Of a DNA stretch of 64,000 nt, positions 18,401-36,620 are shown piece by piece. Positions within the stretch are counted from its first letter, which is position 1; the number at the start of each line of letters is the position of its first letter. A program made the translations under genes and the position numbers. The stretch lies in NCBI GenBank assembly GCA_964016885.1, contig OZ024742.1, forward strand, positions 284,766,001 through 284,830,000, given 5' to 3'. This stretch comes from Eledone cirrhosa. Lineage: Eukaryota. A model generated the notes under the pieces. It saw only the letters and a list, made by a program, of their open reading frames with translations, searched no databases and was not told where the DNA came from.

Positions 18401-21400
18401 CCATTACTACAAACACCACCACCACCATTACTACAAACACCACCACAACCATTACTACAAACACCACCACCACCATTACTACAAACACCACCACCTCCAT
18501 TACTACAAACACCACCACCTCCATTACCACAAACACCACCACCACCATTACCACAAACACCACCACATCCATTACTACAAACACCACCACCACCATTACT
18601 ACAAACACCACCACCACCATTACTACAAACACCACCACCACCATTACTACAAACACCACCACCACCATTACTACAAACACCACCACCACCATTACCTCAA
18701 ACACCACCACCACCATTACTACAAACACCACCACCACCATTACTACAAACACCACCACCACCATTACTACAAACACCACCACCACCATTACTATAAACAC
18801 CACCACCACCATTACTACAAACACCACCACCACCAATACTACAAACACCACCACCACCATTACTACAAACACCACCACCACCATTACTACAAACACCACC
18901 ACCACCATTACTACAAACACCACCACCACCATTACCTCAAACACCACCACCACCATTACTACAAACACCACCACCACCATTACTACAAACACCACCACCA
19001 CCATTACTACAAACACCACCACCACTACCATTACTACAAACACCACCACCACCATTACTACAAACACCACCACCACCATTACTACAAACACCACCACCAC
19101 CATTACCACAAACCCCGCCACCACCATTACTACAAACCCCACCACCACCATTACCACAAACCCTCCACCACCATTACTACAAACACCACCACCACCATTA
19201 CCTCAAACACCACCACCACCATTACTACAAACACCACCACCACCATTACTACAAACACCACCACCACCTACCATTACCACAAACACTACCACCACCATTA
19301 CTACAAACACCACCACCGCCATTACTACAAATACCTCCACCACCATTACCACAAACACCACCACCGCCATTACTACAAATACCACCACCACCATTACCAC
19401 AAACACCACCACCACCATTACTACAAACACCACCACCTCCATGACTACAAATACCACCACCACCATTACCACAAACACTACCACCACCATTACCACAAAC
19501 ACTACCACCACCATTACTACAAACACCACCACCTCCATTACTACAAATACGACCACCACCATTACCACAAACACCACCACCACCATTACTACAAACACCA
19601 CCACCACCATTACTACAAACACCACCACCACCATTACTACAAACACCACCACCACCATTACCACAAACACCACCACCACCATTACTACAAACACCACCAC
19701 CACCATTACCACAAACACCACCACCACCATTACTACAAACACCACCACCACCATTACTACAAACACCACCACCACCATTACCACAAACACCACCACCACC
19801 ATTACTACAAACACCACCACCACTATTACTACAAATACCACCACCACCATTACTACAAACACCACCACCACCATTACTACAAAGAATACCACCACCATTA
19901 CTACAAACACCACCACCTCCATTACTACAAACCCCACCACCACCATTACTACAAACACCAGCACCACCATTACTACAAACACCACCACAACCATTACTAC
20001 AAACACCACCACCACCATTACCACAAACACCACCACAACCATTACTACAAACACCACCACCACCATTACTACAAACACCACCACCACTATTACTACAAAC
20101 ACCACCACCGCCATTACCACAAACACCAGCACCACCATTACTACAAACACCACCACCACCATTACTACAAACACCACCACATCCATTACTACAAACACCA
20201 CCACCACCATTACCACAAACCCCACCACCACCATTACCACAAACCCCACCACCACCATTACTACAAACACCACCACCACCATTACTACAAACACCACCAC
20301 CGCCATTACCACAAACACCACCACCTCCATTACCACAAACACCACCACCACCATTACCACAAACACCACCACATCCATTACTACAAACACCACCACCACC
20401 ATTACCACAAACCTCACCACCACCATTACCAGAAACCCCACCACCACCATTACTACAAACACCACCACCACCATTACCACAAACACCACCACATCCATTA
20501 CTACAAACACCACCACCACCATTACTACAAACACCACCACCACCATTACTACAAACACCACCACCACCATTACTACAAACACCACCACAACCATTACTAC
20601 AAACACCACCACCACCATTACTACAAACACCACCACCACCATTACTATAAACACCACCACCACCATTACTACAAACACCACCACCACCATTACTACAAAC
20701 ACCACCACCACCATTACTACAAACACCACCACCACCATTACTATAAACACCACCACCACCATTACTACAAACACCACCACCACCAATACTACAAACACCA
20801 CCACCACCATTACTATAAACACCACCACCACCATTACTACAAACACCACCACCACCATTACTACAAACACCACCACAACCATTACTACAAACACCACCAC
20901 CACCATTACTACAAACACCACCACCTCCATTACTACAAACACCACCACCTCCATTACCACAAACACCACCACCACCATTACCACAAACACCACCACATCC
21001 ATTACTACAAACACCACCACCACCATTACTACAAACACCACCACCACCATTACTACAAACACCACCACCACCATTACCACAAACCCCGCCACCACCATTA
21101 CTACAAACCCCACCACCACCATTACCACAAACCCTCCACCACCATTACTACAAACACCACCACCACCATTACCTCAAACACCACCACCACCATTACTACA
21201 AACACCACCACCACCATTACTACAAACACCACCACCACCATTACTACAAACACCACCACCACTACCATTACTACAAACACCACCACCACCATTACTACAA
21301 ACACCACCACCACCATTACTACAAACACCACCACCACCATTACCACAAACCCCGCCACCACCATTACTACAAACCCCACCACCACCATTACCACAAACCC

Positions 21401-24400
21401 TCCACCACCATTACTACAAACACCACCACCACCATTACCTCAAACACCACCACCACCATTACTACAAACACCACCACCACCATTACTACAAACACCACCA
21501 CCACCATTACTACAAACACCACCACCACTACCATTACCACAAACACTACCACCACCATTACTACAAACACCACCACCGCCATTACTACAAATACCTCCAC
21601 CACCATTACCACAAACACCACCACCGCCATTACTACAAATACCACCACCACCATTACCACAAACACCACCACCACCATTACTACAAACACCACCACCTCC
21701 ATGACTACAAATACCACCACCACCATTACCACAAACACTACCACCACCATTACCACAAACACTACCACCACCATTACTACAAACACCACCACCTCCATTA
21801 CTACAAATACCACCACCACCATTACCACAAACACCACCACCACCATTACTACAAACACCACCACCACCATTACTACAAACACCACCACCACCATTACTAC
21901 AAACACCACCACCACCATTACCACAAACACCACCACCACCATTACTACAAACACCACCACCACCATTACCACAAACACCACCACCACCATTACTACAAAC
22001 ACCACCACCACCATTACTACAAACACCACCACCACCATTACCACAAACACCACCACCACCATTACTACAAACACCACCACCACTATTACTACAAATACCA
22101 CCACCACCATTACTACAAACACCACCACCACCATTACTACAAACACCACCACCATTACCACAAACACCACCACCACCATTACTACAAACACCACCACCAC
22201 CATTACTACAAACACCACCACCACCATTACTACAAACACCACCACCACCATTACCACAAACACCACCACCACCATTACCACAAACACCACCACCACCATT
22301 ACTACAAACACCACCACCACCATTACCACAAACACCACCACCACCATTACTACAAACACCACCACCACTATTACTACAAATACCACCACCACCATTACCA
22401 CAAACACTACCACCACCATTACTACAAACACCACCACCGCCATTACTACAAATACCACCACCACCATTACCACAAACACTACCACCACCATTACTACAAA
22501 CACCACCACCTCCATTACTACAAATACCACCACCACCATTACCACAAACACTACCACCACCATTACTACAAACACCACCACCGCCATTACTACAAATAAC
22601 ACCACCACCATTACCACAAACACCACCACCACCATTACTACAAACACCACCACCGCCATTACTACAAACACCACCACCACCATTACTACAAACACCACCA
22701 CCACCATTACCACAAACACCACCACCACCACCACCATTACTACAAACACCACCACCACCATTACTACAAACACCACCACCTACATTACTAGAAACACCAC
22801 CATTACTACAAACACCACCACCACCATTGCAACAAACACCACCACCACCATTACTACAAAGAATACCACCACCATTACTACAAACACCACCACCACCATT
22901 ACTACAAACACCACCACCACCATTACTACAAAGAATACCACCACCATTACTACAAACACCACCACCACCATTACTACAAAGAATACCACCACCATTACTA
23001 CAAACACCACCACCACCATTACTACAAACACCACCACCACCATTACTACAAAGAATACCACCACCATTACTACAAACACCACCACCACCATTACTACAAA
23101 GAATACCACCACCATTACTACAAACACCACCACCTCCATTACTACAAACCCCACCACCACCATTACTACAAACACCAGCACCACCATTACTACAAACACC
23201 ACCACAACCATTACTACAAACACCACCACCACCATTACCACAAACACCACCACAACCATTACTACAAACACCACCACCACCATTACTACAAACACCACCA
23301 CCACTATTACTACAAACACCACCACCGCCATTACCACAAACACCAGCACCACCATTACTACAAACACCACCACCACCATTACTACAAACACCACCACATC
23401 CATTACTACAAACACCACCACCACCATTACCACAAACCCCACCACCACCATTACCACAAACCCCACCACCACCATTACTACAAACACCACCACCACCATT
23501 ACTACAAACACCACCACCGCCATTACCACAAACACCACCACCTCCATTACCACAAACACCACCACCACCATTACCACAAACACCACCACATCCATTACTA
23601 CAAACACCACCACCACCATTACCACAAACCTCACCACCACCATTACCAGAAACCCCACCACCACCATTACTACAAACACCACCACCACCATTACCACAAA
23701 CACCACCACATCCATTACTACAAACACCACCACCACCATTACTACAAACACCACCACCACCATTACTACAAACACCACCACCACCATTACTACAAACACC
23801 ACCACAACCATTACTACAAACACCACCACCACCATTACTACAAACACCACCACCACCATTACTATAAACACCACCACCACCATTACTACAAACACCACCA
23901 CCACCATTACTACAAACACCACCACCACCATTACTACAAACACCACCACCACCATTACTATAAACACCACCACCACCATTACTACAAACACCACCACCAC
24001 CAATACTACAAACACCACCACCACCATTACTATAAACACCACCACCACCATTACTACAAACACCACCACCACCATTACTACAAACACCACCACAACCATT
24101 ACTACAAACACCACCACCACCATTACTACAAACACCACCACCTCCATTACTACAAACACCACCACCTCCATTACCACAAACACCACCACCACCATTACCA
24201 CAAACACCACCACATCCATTACTACAAACACCACCACCACCATTACTACAAACACCACCACCACCATTACTACAAACACCACCACCACCATTACTACAAA
24301 CACCACCACCACCATTACTACAAACACCACCACCACCATTACCTCAAACACCACCACCACCATTACTACAAACACCACCACCACCATTACTACAAACACC

Positions 24401-25500
24401 ACCACCACCATTACTACAAACACCACCACCACCATTACTATAAACACCACCACCACCATTACTACAAACACCACCACCACCAATACTACAAACACCACCA
24501 CCACCATTACTACAAACACCACCACCACCATTACTACAAACACCACCACCACCATTACTACAAACACCACCACCACCATTACCTCAAACACCACCACCAC
24601 CATTACTACAAACACCACCACCACCATTACTACAAACACCACCACCACCATTACTACAAACACCACCACCACTACCATTACTACAAACACCACCACCACC
24701 ATTACTACAAACACCACCACCACCATTACTACAAACACCACCACCACCATTACCACAAACCCCGCCACCACCATTACTACAAACCCCACCACCACCATTA
24801 CCACAAACCCTCCACCACCATTACTACAAACACCACCACCACCATTACCTCAAACACCACCACCACCATTACTACAAACACCACCACCACCATTACTACA
24901 AACACCACCACCACTACCATTACCACAAACACTACCACCACCATTACTACAAACACCACCACCGCCATTACTACAAATACCTCCACCACCATTACCACAA
25001 ACACCACCACCGCCATTACTACAAATACCACCACCACCATTACCACAAACACCACCACCACCATTACTACAAACACCACCACCTCCATGACTACAAATAC
25101 CACCACCACCATTACCACAAACACTACCACCACCATTACCACAAACACTACCACCACCATTACTACAAACACCACCACCTCCATTACTACAAATACGACC
25201 ACCACCATTACCACAAACACCACCACCACCATTACTACAAACACCACCACCACCATTACTACAAACACCACCACCACCATTACTACAAACACCACCACCA
25301 CCATTACCACAAACACCACCACCACCATTACTACAAACACCACCACCACCATTACCACAAACACCACCACCACCATTACTACAAACACCACCACCACCAT
25401 TACTACAAACACCACCACCACCATTACCACAAACACCACCACCACCATTACTACAAACACCACCACCACTATTACTACAAATACCACCACCACCATTACT
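14200..25500. repeat. Tandem higher-order duplication, period 5647 bp (~14200-19850 / ~19850-25500), with an internal ~3387-bp repeat
   Basis: ORF coordinates pair at exactly +5647: 15475/21122, 16054/21701, 17133/22780, 17180/22827, 19157/24804. The TCCATGACT marker has its ATG at 16054, 19441, 21701 and 25087. Confidence 0.9.
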
Positions 25501-28500
25501 ACAAACACCACCACCACCATTACTACAAACACCACCACCATTACCACAAACACCACCACCACCATTACTACAAACACCACCACCACCATTACTACAAACA
25601 CCACCACCACCATTACTACAAACACCACCACCACCATTACCACAAACACCACCACCACCATTACCACAAACACCACCACCACCATTACTACAAACACCAC
25701 CACCACCATTACCACAAACACCACCACCACCATTACTACAAACACCACCACCACTATTACTACAAATACCACCACCACCATTACCACAAACACTACCACC
25801 ACCATTACTACAAACACCACCACCGCCATTACTACAAATACCACCACCACCATTACCACAAACACTACCACCACCATTACTACAAACACCACCACCTCCA
25901 TTACTACAAATACCACCACCACCATTACCACAAACACTACCACCACCATTACTACAAACACCACCACCGCCATTACTACAAATAACACCACCACCATTAC
26001 CACAAACACCACCACCACCATTACTACAAACACCACCACCGCCATTACTACAAACACCACCACCACCATTACTACAAACACCACCACCACCATTACCACA
26101 AACACCACCACCACCACCACCATTACTACAAACACCACCACCACCATTACTACAAACACCACCACCTACATTACTAGAAACACCACCATTACTACAAACA
26201 CCACAACCACCATTGCAACAAACACCACCACCACCATTACTACAAAGAATACCACCACCATTACTACAAACACCACCACCACCATTACTACAAACACCAC
26301 CACCACCATTACTACAAAGAATACCACCACCATTACTACAAACACCACCACCACCATTACTACAAAGAATACCACCACCATTACTACAAACACCACCACC
26401 ACCATTACTACAAACACCACCACCACCATTACTACAAAGAATACCACCACCATTACTACAAACACCACCACCACCATTACTACAAAGAATACCACCACCA
26501 TTACTACAAACAACACCACCACCATTACTACAAACACCACCACCACCATTACTACAAACACCACCACAACAATTACTACAAACACCACGACCACCATTAC
26601 CACAAACACCACCACAACCATTACTACAAACACTATCACCACCATTACCACAAACACCACCACCACCATTACTACAAACACCACCACCACCATTACCACA
26701 AACACCACCAACACCATTACTACAAACACTACCACCACCATTACCACAAACACTACCACCACCATTACAACAAACACCACCACCACCATTACTACAAACC
26801 CCACCACCACCATTACCACAAACCCTCCACCACCATTACTACAAACACCACCACCACCATTACCTCAAACACCACCACCACCATTACTACAAACACCACC
26901 ACCACCATTACTACAAACACCACCACCACCATTACTACAAACACCACCACCACTACCATTACTACAAACACCACCACCGCCATTACTACAAATACCACCA
27001 CCACCATTACCACAAACACTACCACCACCATTACTACAAACACCACCACCGCCATTACTACAAATACCTCCACCACCATTACCACAAACACCACCACCGC
27101 CATTACTACAAATACCACCACCACCATTACCACAAACACCACCACCACCATTACTACAAACACCACCACCTCCATTACTACAAATACCACCACCACCATT
27201 ACTACAAACACCACCACCACCATTACCACAAACACCACCACCACCATTACTACAAACACCACCACCACCATTACTACAAACACCACCACCGCCATTACTA
27301 CAAATACCACCACCACCATTACCACAGACACCACCACCACCATTACTACAAACACCACCACCACCATTACCTCAAACACCACCACCACCATTACTACAAA
27401 CACCACGACCGCCATTACTACAAACACCACCACCACCATTACCACAAACACTACCACCACCATTACTGCAAACACCACCACCACCATTACCACAAACACT
27501 ACCACCACCATTACTACAAACACCACCACCACCATTACTACAAACACCACCACTACCATTACCACAAACACTACCACCACCATTACTACAAACACCACCA
27601 CCACCATTACCACAAACACTACCACCACCATTACTACAAACACCACCACCACCATTACCACAAACACCACCACCACCATTACTACAAACACCACCACCGC
27701 CATTACTACAAACACCACCATTGCCACAAACACTACCACCACCATTACTACAAACACCACCACCACCATTACCACAAACACTACCACCACCATTACTACA
27801 AACACCACCACCATTACTACAAACACCACCACCACCATTACCACAAACACCACCACCACCATTACTACAAACACCACCACCACCATTACTACAAACACCT
27901 CCACCACCATTACCACACACACCACCAGCACCATTACTACAAACACCACCACCACCATTACCACAAACACCACCACCACCATTACTACAAACACCACCAC
28001 CACCATTACCACAAACACAACCACCACCATTTCTACAAACACCTCCACCACCATTACCACACACACCACCAGCACCATTACTACAAACACCACCACCACC
28101 ATTACCACAAACACCACCACCACCATTACTACAAACACCACCAATGCCATTACCACAAACCCCACCACCACCATTACCACAAACACGACCACCACCATTA
28201 CTACAAACACCACCAACACCATTACCACAAACACCACCACCACCATTACTACAAACACCACCACCACCATTACTACAAACACCACCACCACCATTACCAC
28301 AAACACCACCACCACCATTACTACAAACACCACCACCACTATTACCAAAAACACCACCACCACCATTACTACAAACACCACCACCACCAACACCACAAAC
28401 CCCACCACCACCATTACCACAAACACCACCACCACCATTACTACAAACACCACCACCACCATTACTACAAACACCACCACCACCATTACTACAAACACCA

Positions 28501-31500
28501 CAACCACCATTACTACAAACACCACCACCACCATTACCACAAACACCACCACCACCATTACTACAAACACCACCACTGCCATTACCACAAACCCCACCAC
28601 CACCATTACTACAAACACCACCACCACCATTACCACAAACACCACCACCACCATTACTACAAACACCACCACCACTATTACCACAAACACCACCACCACC
28701 ATTACTACAAACACCACCACCACCAATACCACAAACCCCACCACCACCATTACCACAAACACCACCACCACCATTACTACAAACACCACCACCACCATTA
28801 CTACAAACACCACCACCACCATTACTACAAACACCCCCACCACCATTACCACAAACACTACCACCACCATTACTACAAACACCACCACCACCATTACTAC
28901 AAACACCACCACCAGCATTACCACAAACACCATCACCACCATTACCACAAACACCACCACCTCCATTACTACAAACACCACCACCACCATTACCACAAAC
29001 ACCACCACCTCCATTACTACAAACACCACCACCACCATTACTACAAACACCACCACCAGCATTACTACAAACACTACCACCACCATTACCACAAACACCA
29101 CCACCACCATTACCACAAACACCACCACCTCCATTACCACAAACACCACCACCACCATTACCACAAACACCACCACCACCATTACCACAAACACCACCAC
29201 CACCATTACCACAAACACCACCACCACCATTACTACAAACACCACCACCACCATTACTACAAACACCACCACCACCATTACTACAAACACCACCACCACC
29301 ATTACCACAAACACTACCACCACCATTACTACAAACAACACCACCACCATTACTACAAACACCACCACCACCATTACCACAAACACTACCACCACCATTA
29401 CTACAAACACCACCACCACCATTACTACAAACACCACCACCGCCATTACTACAAATACCACCACCACCATTACCACAAACACCACCACCACCATTACTAC
29501 AAACACCACCACCACCATTACTACAAACACCACCACCACCATTACTACAAATACCACCACATCCATTACCACAAACACCACCACCACCATTACTACAAAC
29601 ACCACCACCGCCATTACTACAAATACGACCACCACCATTACCACAGACACCACCACCACCATTACTACAAACACCACCACCACCATTACCACAAACACCA
29701 CCACCACCATTACTACAAACACCACCACCGCCATTACTACAAACACCACCACCGCCATTACTACAAACACCACCACCACCATTACTACAAACACCACCAC
29801 CACCATTACTACAAACACCACCACCACCATTACCACAAACACCACCATCACCATTACTACAAACACCACTCACCAACATTACCACAAACACCACCACCAC
29901 CATTACCACAAACCCCACCACCACCATTACCACAAACCCCACCACCACCATTACCACAAACACCACCACCACAATTACCACAAACACCACCACCACCATT
30001 ACTACAAACACCTCCACCACCATTACCACACACACCACCAGCACCATTACTACAAACACCACCACCACCATTACCACAAACACTACCACCACCATTACTA
30101 CAAACACCACCACCACCATTACCACAAACATCACCACCACCATTACTACAAACACCACCACCACCATTACTACAAACACCACCACCACCATTACCACAAA
30201 CACTACCACCACCATTACTACAAACACCTCCACCACCATTACCACACACACCACCAGCACCATTACTACAAACACCACCACCACCATTACCACAAATACC
30301 ACCACCACCATTACCACAAACATCACCACCACCATTACTACAAACACTACCACCTCCATTACTACAAACACCACCACCACCATTACCACAAACACTACCA
30401 CCACCATTACTACAAACATCACCACCACCATTACTACAAACACCACCACCACCATTACCACAAACACTACCACCACCATTACTACAAACACCACCACCAC
30501 CATTACTACAAACACCACAACCACCATTACTACAAACACCACCACCACCATTACCACAAACACAACCACCACCATTACTACAAACACTACCACCACCATT
30601 ACCACAAACACCACCACTGCCATTACTACAAACACCACAACCACCATTACTACAAACACCACCACCACCATTACCACAAACACCACCACCACCATTACTA
30701 CAAACACCACCACCACCATTACCACAAACACTACCACCACCATTACTACAAACACCACCACCACCATTACTACAAACACCACCACCACCATTACCACAAA
30801 CACCACCACCGCCATTACTACAAACACCTCCACCACCATTACCACACACACCACCACCACCATTACTACAAACACCACCACCACCATTACGACAAACACC
30901 CTCACCACCATTACCACAAACACCTCCACCACCATTACCACACACACCACCACCACCATTACTACAAACACCACCACCACCATTACGACAAACACCACCA
31001 CCACCATTACTACAAACACCACCACCACCTTAAACACCACCACCACCATTACCACAAAGACCACCACCGCCATTACTACAAACACCACCACCGCCATTAC
31101 TACAAATACCACCACCACCATTACTACAAACACCACCCACCACCATTACTACAAACACCACCACCACCATTACCACAAGCCCCACCACCACCATTACCAC
31201 AAACCCCACCACCACCATTACCACAAACACCACCACCACCATTACCACAAACACCTCCACCACCATTACCACACACACCACCAGCACCATTACTACAAAC
31301 ACCACCACCACCATTACCACAAACACTACCACCACCATTACTACAAACACCTCCACCACCATTACCACACACACCACCAGCACAATTACTACAAACACCA
31401 CCACCACCATTACCACAAACATCACCACCACCATTACTACAAACACTACCACCTCCATTACTACAAACACCTCCACCACCATTACCACACACACCACCAC

Positions 31501-31699
31501 CACCATTACTACAAACACCACCACCACCATTAGACAAACACCACCACCACCATTAATACAAACACCACCACCACCTTAAACACCACCACCACCATTACCA
31601 CAAAGACCACCACCGCCATTACCACAAACACCACCACCACCTTAAACACCACAACCACCATTACTACAAACACCACCACCACCATTACCACAAACACCA

Positions 31700-34600
31700 C
31701 CACCACCATTACTACAAACACCACCACCACCATTACTACAAACACCACCACCAGCATTACCACAAACACCACCACCACCATTACCACAAACACCACCACC
31801 TCCATTACTACAAACACCACGACCAGCATTACCACAAACACCACCACCACCATTACCACAAACACCACCACCTCCATTACTACAAACACCACCACCACCA
31901 TTACTACAAACACTACCACCACCATTACCACAAACACCACCACCACCATTACCACAAACACCACCACCACCATTACCACAAACACCACCACCTCCATTAC
32001 CACAAACACCACCACCACCATTACCACAAACACCACCACCACCATTACCACAAACACCACCACCACCATTACCACAAACACCACCACCACCATTACTACA
32101 AACACCACCACCACCATTACTACAAACACAACCACCACCATTACTACAAACACCACCACCACCATTACCACAAACACTACCACCACCATTACTACAAACA
32201 CCACCACCACCATTACTACAAACACCACCACCACCATTACCACAAACACTACCACCACCATTACTACAAACACCACCACCACCATTACTACAAACACCAC
32301 AACCACCATTACTACAAACACCACCTCCACCATTACCACAAACACCACCACCACCATTACTACAAACACCACCACCACCATTACCACAAAGACCACCACC
32401 GCCATTACCACAAACACCACCACCGCCATTACTACAAACACCTCCACCACCATTACCACACACACCACCACCACCATTACTAGAAACACCACCACCACCA
32501 TTACTACAAACACCACCACCACCATTACTACAAACACCACCACCACCTTAAACACCACCACCACCATTACCACAAAGACCACCACCGCCATCACTACAAA
32601 CACCACCACCACCATTACCACAAACACCACCACCACCATTACCACAAACACCACCACCACCATTACCACAAACACTACCACCACCATTACTACAAACACC
32701 ACCACCACCTTTACCACAAACACCACCACCACCATTACCACAAACACCACCACCACCACCACCACAAAAACCACCACCACCACTACTACAAACACCACCA
32801 CCACCTTTACCACAAACACCACCACCACCATTACTACCAACACCACCACCACCACTACCACAAACACCACCACCACCATTACCACAAACACCACCACCAC
32901 CATTACCACAAACACCACCACCACCATTACCACAAGCCCCACCACCACCATTACCACAAACCCCACCACCACCATTACCACAAACACCACCACCACCATT
33001 ACCACAAACACCACCATTACTACAAACACTTCCACCACCATTACCACACACACCACCAGCACCATTACTACAAACACCACCACCACCATTACCACAAACA
33101 CTACCACCACCATTACTACAAACACCTCCACCACCATTACCACACACACCACCAGCACCATTACTACAAACACCACCACCACCATTACCACAAACATCAC
33201 CACCACCATTACTACAAACACTACCACCTCCATTACTACAAACACCACCACCACCATTACCACAAACACTACCACCACCATTACTACAAACACCACCACC
33301 ACCATTACCACAAACACTACCACCACCATTACTACAAACACCACCACCACCATTACTACAAACACCACAACCACCATTACTACAAACACCACCACCACCA
33401 TTACCACAAACACCACCACCACCATTACTACAAACACCACCACCACCATTACCACAAACACTACCACCACCATTACTACAAACACCACCACCACCATTAC
33501 TACAAACACCACAACCACCATTACTACAAACACCACCACCACCATTACCACAAACACCACCACCACCATTACTACAAACACCACCACCACCATTACCACA
33601 AACACTACCACCACCATTACTACAAACACCACCACCACCATTACTACAAACACCACCACCACCATTACCACAAACACCACCACCGCCATTACTACAAACA
33701 CCTCCACCACCATTACCACACACACCACCACCACCATTACTACAAACACCACCACCACCATTACGACAAACACCCTCACCACCATTACCACAAACACCTC
33801 CACCACCATTACCACACACACCACCACCACCATTACTACAAACACAACCACCACCATTACGACAAACACCACCACCACCATTACTACAAACACCACCACC
33901 ACCTTAAACACCACCACCACCATTACCACAAAGACCACCACCGCCATTACTACAAACACCACCACCGCCATTACTACAAATACCACCACCACCATTACTA
34001 CAAACACCACCCACCACCATTACTACAAACACCACCACCACCATTACCACAAGCCCCACCACCACCATTACCACAAACCCCACCACCACCATTACCACAA
34101 ACACCACCACCACCATTACCACAAACACCTCCACCACCATTACCACACACACCACCAGCACCATTACTACAAACACCACCACCACCATTACCACAAACAC
34201 TACCACCACCATTACTACAAACACCTCCACAACCATTACCACACACACCACCAGCACCATTACTACAAACACCACCACCACCATTACCACAAACATCACC
34301 ACCACCATTACTACAAACACTACCACCTCCATTACTACAAGCACCACCACCACCATTACCACAAACACTACCACCACCATTACTACAAACACCACCACCA
34401 CCATTACCACAAACACTACCACCACCATTACTACAAACACCACCACCACCATTACTACAAACACCACAACCACCATTACTACAAACACCACCACCACCAT
34501 TACCACAAACACCACCACCACCATTACTACAAACACCACCACCACCATTACCACAAACACTACCACCACCATTACTACAAACACCACCACCACCATTACT

Positions 34601-36620
34601 AGAAACACCACCACCACCATTACCACAAACACCACCACCGCCATTACTACAAACACCTCCACCACCATTACCACACACACCACCACCACCATTACTACAA
34701 ACACCACCACCACCATTAGACAAACACCACCACCACCATTAATACAAACACCACCACCACCTTAAACACCACCACCACCATTAACACAAAGACCACCACC
34801 GCCATTACTACAAACACCACCACCAGCATTACTACAAACACCACCACCACCATTACTACAAACACCACCACCAGCATTACCACAAACACCACCACCACCA
34901 TTACCACAAACACCACCACCTCCATTACTACAAACACCACGACCAGCATTACCACAAACACCACCACCACCATTACCACAAACACCACCACCTCCATTAC
35001 TACAAACACCACCACCACCATTACTACAAACACTACCACCCCCATTACCACAAACACCACCACCACCATTACCACAAACACTACCACCACCATTACCACA
35101 AACACCACCACCTCCATTACCACAAACACCACCACCACCATTACCACAAACACCACCACTACCATTACCACAAACAACACCACCACCACTACCACAAACA
35201 CCACCACCACCATTACTACAAACACCACCACCACCATTACTACAAACACAACCACCACCATTACTACAAACACCACCACCACCATTACCACAAACACTAC
35301 CACCACCATTACTACAAACACCACCACCACCATTACTACAAACACCACCACCACCATTACCACAAACACTACCACCACCATTACTACAAACACCACCACC
35401 ACCATTACTACAAACACCACAACCACCATTACTACAAACACCACCTCCACCATTACCACAAACACCACCACCACCATTACTACAAACACCACCACCACCA
35501 TTACCACAAAGACCACCACCGCCATTACCACAAACACCACCACCGCCATTACTACAAACACCTCCACCACCATTACCACACACACCACCACCACCATTAC
35601 TAGAAACACCACCACCACCATTACTACAAACACCACCACCACCATTACTACAAACACCACCACCACCTTAAACACCACCACCACCATTACCACAAAGACC
35701 ACCACCGCCATCACTACAAACACCACCACCACCATTACCACAAACACCACCACCACCATTACCACAAACACCACCACCACCATTACCACAAACACTACCA
35801 CCACCATTACTACAAACACCACCACCACCTTTACCACAAACACCACCACCACCATTACCACAAACACCACCACCACCACCACCACCACAAAAACCACCAC
35901 CACCATTACTACAAACACCACCACCACCTTTACCACAAACACCACCACCACCATTACTACCAACACCACCACCACCACTACCACAAACACCACCACCACC
36001 ATTACCACAAACACCACCACCACCATTACCACAAACACCACCACCACCATTACCACAAGCCCCACCACCACCATTACCACAAACCCCACCACCACCATTA
36101 CCACAAACACCACCACCACCATTACCACAAACACCACCATTACTACAAACACCTCCACCACCATTACCACACACACCACCAGCACCATTACTACAAACAC
36201 CACCACCACCATTACCACAAACACTACCACCACCATTACTACAAACACCTCCACCACCATTACCACACACACCACCAGCACCATTACTACAAACACCACC
36301 ACCACCATTACCACAAACATCACCACCACCATTACTACAAACACTACCACCTCCATTACTACAAACACCACCACCACCATTACCACAAACACTACCACCA
36401 CCATTACTACAAACACCACCACCACCATTACCACAAACACTACCACCACCATTACTACAAACACCACCACCACCATTACTACAAACACCACAACCACAAT
36501 TACTACAAACACCACCACCACCATTACCACAAACACCACCACCACCATTACTACAAACACCACCACCACCATTACCACAAACACTACCACCACCATTACT
36601 ACAAACACCACCACCACCAT
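31700..36620. repeat. Higher-order duplication, offset 3120 bp (~31700-33500 / ~34820-36620)
   Basis: Paired ORF ends 32463/35583 and 32548/35668. GCCATCACTAC occurs at 32587 and 35707. Confidence 0.85.

Noticed and set aside
430-31533. Huge Pro-rich (LLQTPPPP) and His/Tyr-rich (HHHHHYYK) + strand ORFs resembling extensins or His-rich proteins
   Set aside because: These are alternative frames of the same stop-free repeat. Their starts are sporadic unit variants (TTG/ATG), stops arise from common variants (CTATAA, TACTAG, AAATAA), and there is no signal peptide or unique domain.
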